DNA of 23,344 nt from Octopus sinensis (Eukaryota). The notes under the pieces were generated by a model. It ran no database searches and was not told the origin of the DNA. It saw only the letters and a list, made by a program, of their open reading frames with translations. How positions within the stretch are numbered: the first letter of the stretch is position 1; each line of letters begins with the position of its first letter. The translations under genes and the position numbers were made by a program. This document shows, piece by piece, positions 21,795 through 23,344 of the stretch. The DNA is taken from NCBI RefSeq assembly GCF_006345805.1, contig NW_021836629.1, positions 1-23,344 of the forward strand, written 5' to 3'.

Positions 21795-22872
21795 GTCTTA
21801 GGATGTGGAATGTTCGTATCAGCTAACACGGACTGTGTCATCATAATACTGTCCACGAAGCGTTGATAGGGGCAAAGCTTATCCAAGAGAAGTCGGTGGG
21901 CCTGCAAATCGGCAGACGGAGAGGCAGACCCGTACCAACCGACAGTTTGTAGGGCGCTAGACGGAAAGACAGGTTAAACTGCTTGGGGTCTGGTCTGCTG
22001 TAGACCTCGAGGTGGACAACCACGGGTGGGAGGTGACGAACAGGATAGTCGATCTCACCCAAAAATTGGCAGAGAGGAAGCTGTTCGTGAATGGTCGAGT
22101 CGAGGTGGCGAATGCGTACATCGCTTCCGTCATCTATGACTGCCTGAATGTAGTCCCATGCCCGATAAAGTTAGAGCGTTTGTTATTCCGCTTTCTAAAG
22201 AAGGGACGTGTTCCGCTCATCAGACGGTCCATCTTCTGTCAACAACCTCTCAGTGGAGTACTGGACATGCCGTTGCTAATGATTCGCAGACATGCGCTGA
22301 GACTGCGACAGCTCCTTCGTTTCTTTAGCGGTGAGAATAGGGGATTGACTGTTTGTCAAACGGGACATTCTGCTGCTCGTCTCACTGAAGAAGCTACTGT
22401 ACTGAGTCAAGCGTTGGCCAAGAAAGGGCGCTTGGCACCTGGAGTGTCGGCAAGCTCTCACAGCTTTCTGCCTGTCGGGCAACGTGGGCGTTGATAGTTC
22501 CACCTTGGATTTCTATAGGGGATTAGTAGAGGGGAAAGTACAACGACGAAATCGGGGTAAATTCTGGGCGTTGGTGGATGGAATCAACTAACTGGTCCTT
22601 AACTTCCAGAAATCCTTGGCCTGGCAGTGCTACCGGGGAGCTCTGCCGATTCAAGACAAGCTCTACAGATACGAAAGTGTTGTCGGACGGATATGTCGGG
22701 GGTGTGCGCAGGGCGATGAAATAGTCCTGCATGCACTCGTCCATCCAGTTTACGAGCCGAGTTCATTGTAAAGATCGCCCCGCCACCTTCTTTAGGCCGG
22801 GAATGAAAAGCAGTTTCTTCTGCCCGGTGGCTAAACAAGTAGTGTGGTGGACCAGACTGAAAACATTAAAGA
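21795..22872 (+). mobile_element. LINE-B, copy 3, continuing through the zf-RVT region
   Basis: ORF 22012-22494 reads GRVEVANAYIASVIYDCLNVVPCPIKLERLLFRFLKKG...RRHALRLR. Later frames give AWQCYRGALPIQDKLYRY...ICRGCAQGDEIVLHALVH and VVWWTRLK. Confidence 0.85.
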
Positions 22873-22994
22873 TTAAACCTCCTTCACAATGAAATTATGT
22901 CATTTGATATTATCATTTAATATTATCATTAAACACAAACTGACACAAACTGACACACAAACACACACATAGAAATATATATATATGCATATAT

Positions 22995-23161
22995 ACAACG
23001 GGCTTCTTGCAGTTTCCGTCTACTAAATCCACTCACAAGGCTTTAGTCGGCCCGAGGCTATAGTAGAAGCCGCTCGCCCAAAGTGCCACGCAGTGGGATT
23101 GAACCCGGAACAATGTGGTTGGTAAGAAAGCTACTTACCACACAGCTACTCCCGCGCCTAT
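22995..23161 (-). mobile_element. tRNA-derived SINE of a second family
   Basis: Minus strand reads ataggcgcgggagtagctgtgtggtaagtagc (head/A-box-like), ccgggttcaatccc (B-box), then gcgtggcactttgggcgagcggcttctactatagcctcgggccgac. Its 3' end abuts (TA)n. Confidence 0.8.
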
Positions 23162-23218
23162 TGAAGTTTGGAATATAATTGTGTCCATTATTATAATCGT
23201 TATATATCTCAGTGCATA

Positions 23219-23233
23219 ACACACACACAGGCA

Positions 23234-23268
<35 letters not shown>

Positions 23269-23297
23269 CACACACACACACATACACACACACACAC
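23219..23297. repeat. (CA)n microsatellite
   Basis: Seen directly. Confidence 0.95.
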
Positions 23298-23344
23298 CAG
23301 GACGTATACACTTGAAGACCCTTCACACCACAAAATCCTCGCCT

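Larger units (their letters stand above)
17098..22149 (+). repeat. Segmental duplication unit, copy 3 (more divergent in its right half)
   Basis: Starts at tatgcgtacataggcac after (TA)n. Collinear with copies 1/2 up to tgactgcctgaat (22149), and lacks the 3471-3987 insert. Confidence 0.93.

Noticed and set aside
1-23344. CRISPR array, prokaryotic operon or defence system
   Set aside because: No regularly spaced short repeats and no dense coding; the content is eukaryotic transposon and microsatellite DNA.

Overview
AT-rich eukaryotic DNA, most likely octopus. This assignment rests on my recognition of the SINE/MITE families and the (TA)n, (CA)n, (AAT)n and (TATC)n microsatellites, and is unverified. 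I see no intact host gene; the long ORFs in the track are microsatellite artefacts or retroelement debris. The window holds three direct copies of one composite unit: ~1-6827, ~7313-14174 and ~17098-22149. Each unit carries a decayed minus-strand Penelope-like element (Cys-rich linker plus GIY-YIG endonuclease), a pogo/Tc2-type terminal repeat, Tx1-clade LINE ORF2 fragments, a tRNA-derived SINE and microsatellites. Two signals stand out. First, a Tx1-like LINE with an intact 3' end (13378-14876) is flanked directly on both sides by (TATC)n, making it a candidate microsatellite-targeting element. Second, its last 35 nt match the 3' tail of the tRNA-derived SINE at 29/35 ungapped positions, suggesting a SINE-LINE partner pair. 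The three copies are also mosaic in ancestry and differ by insertions into microsatellites.
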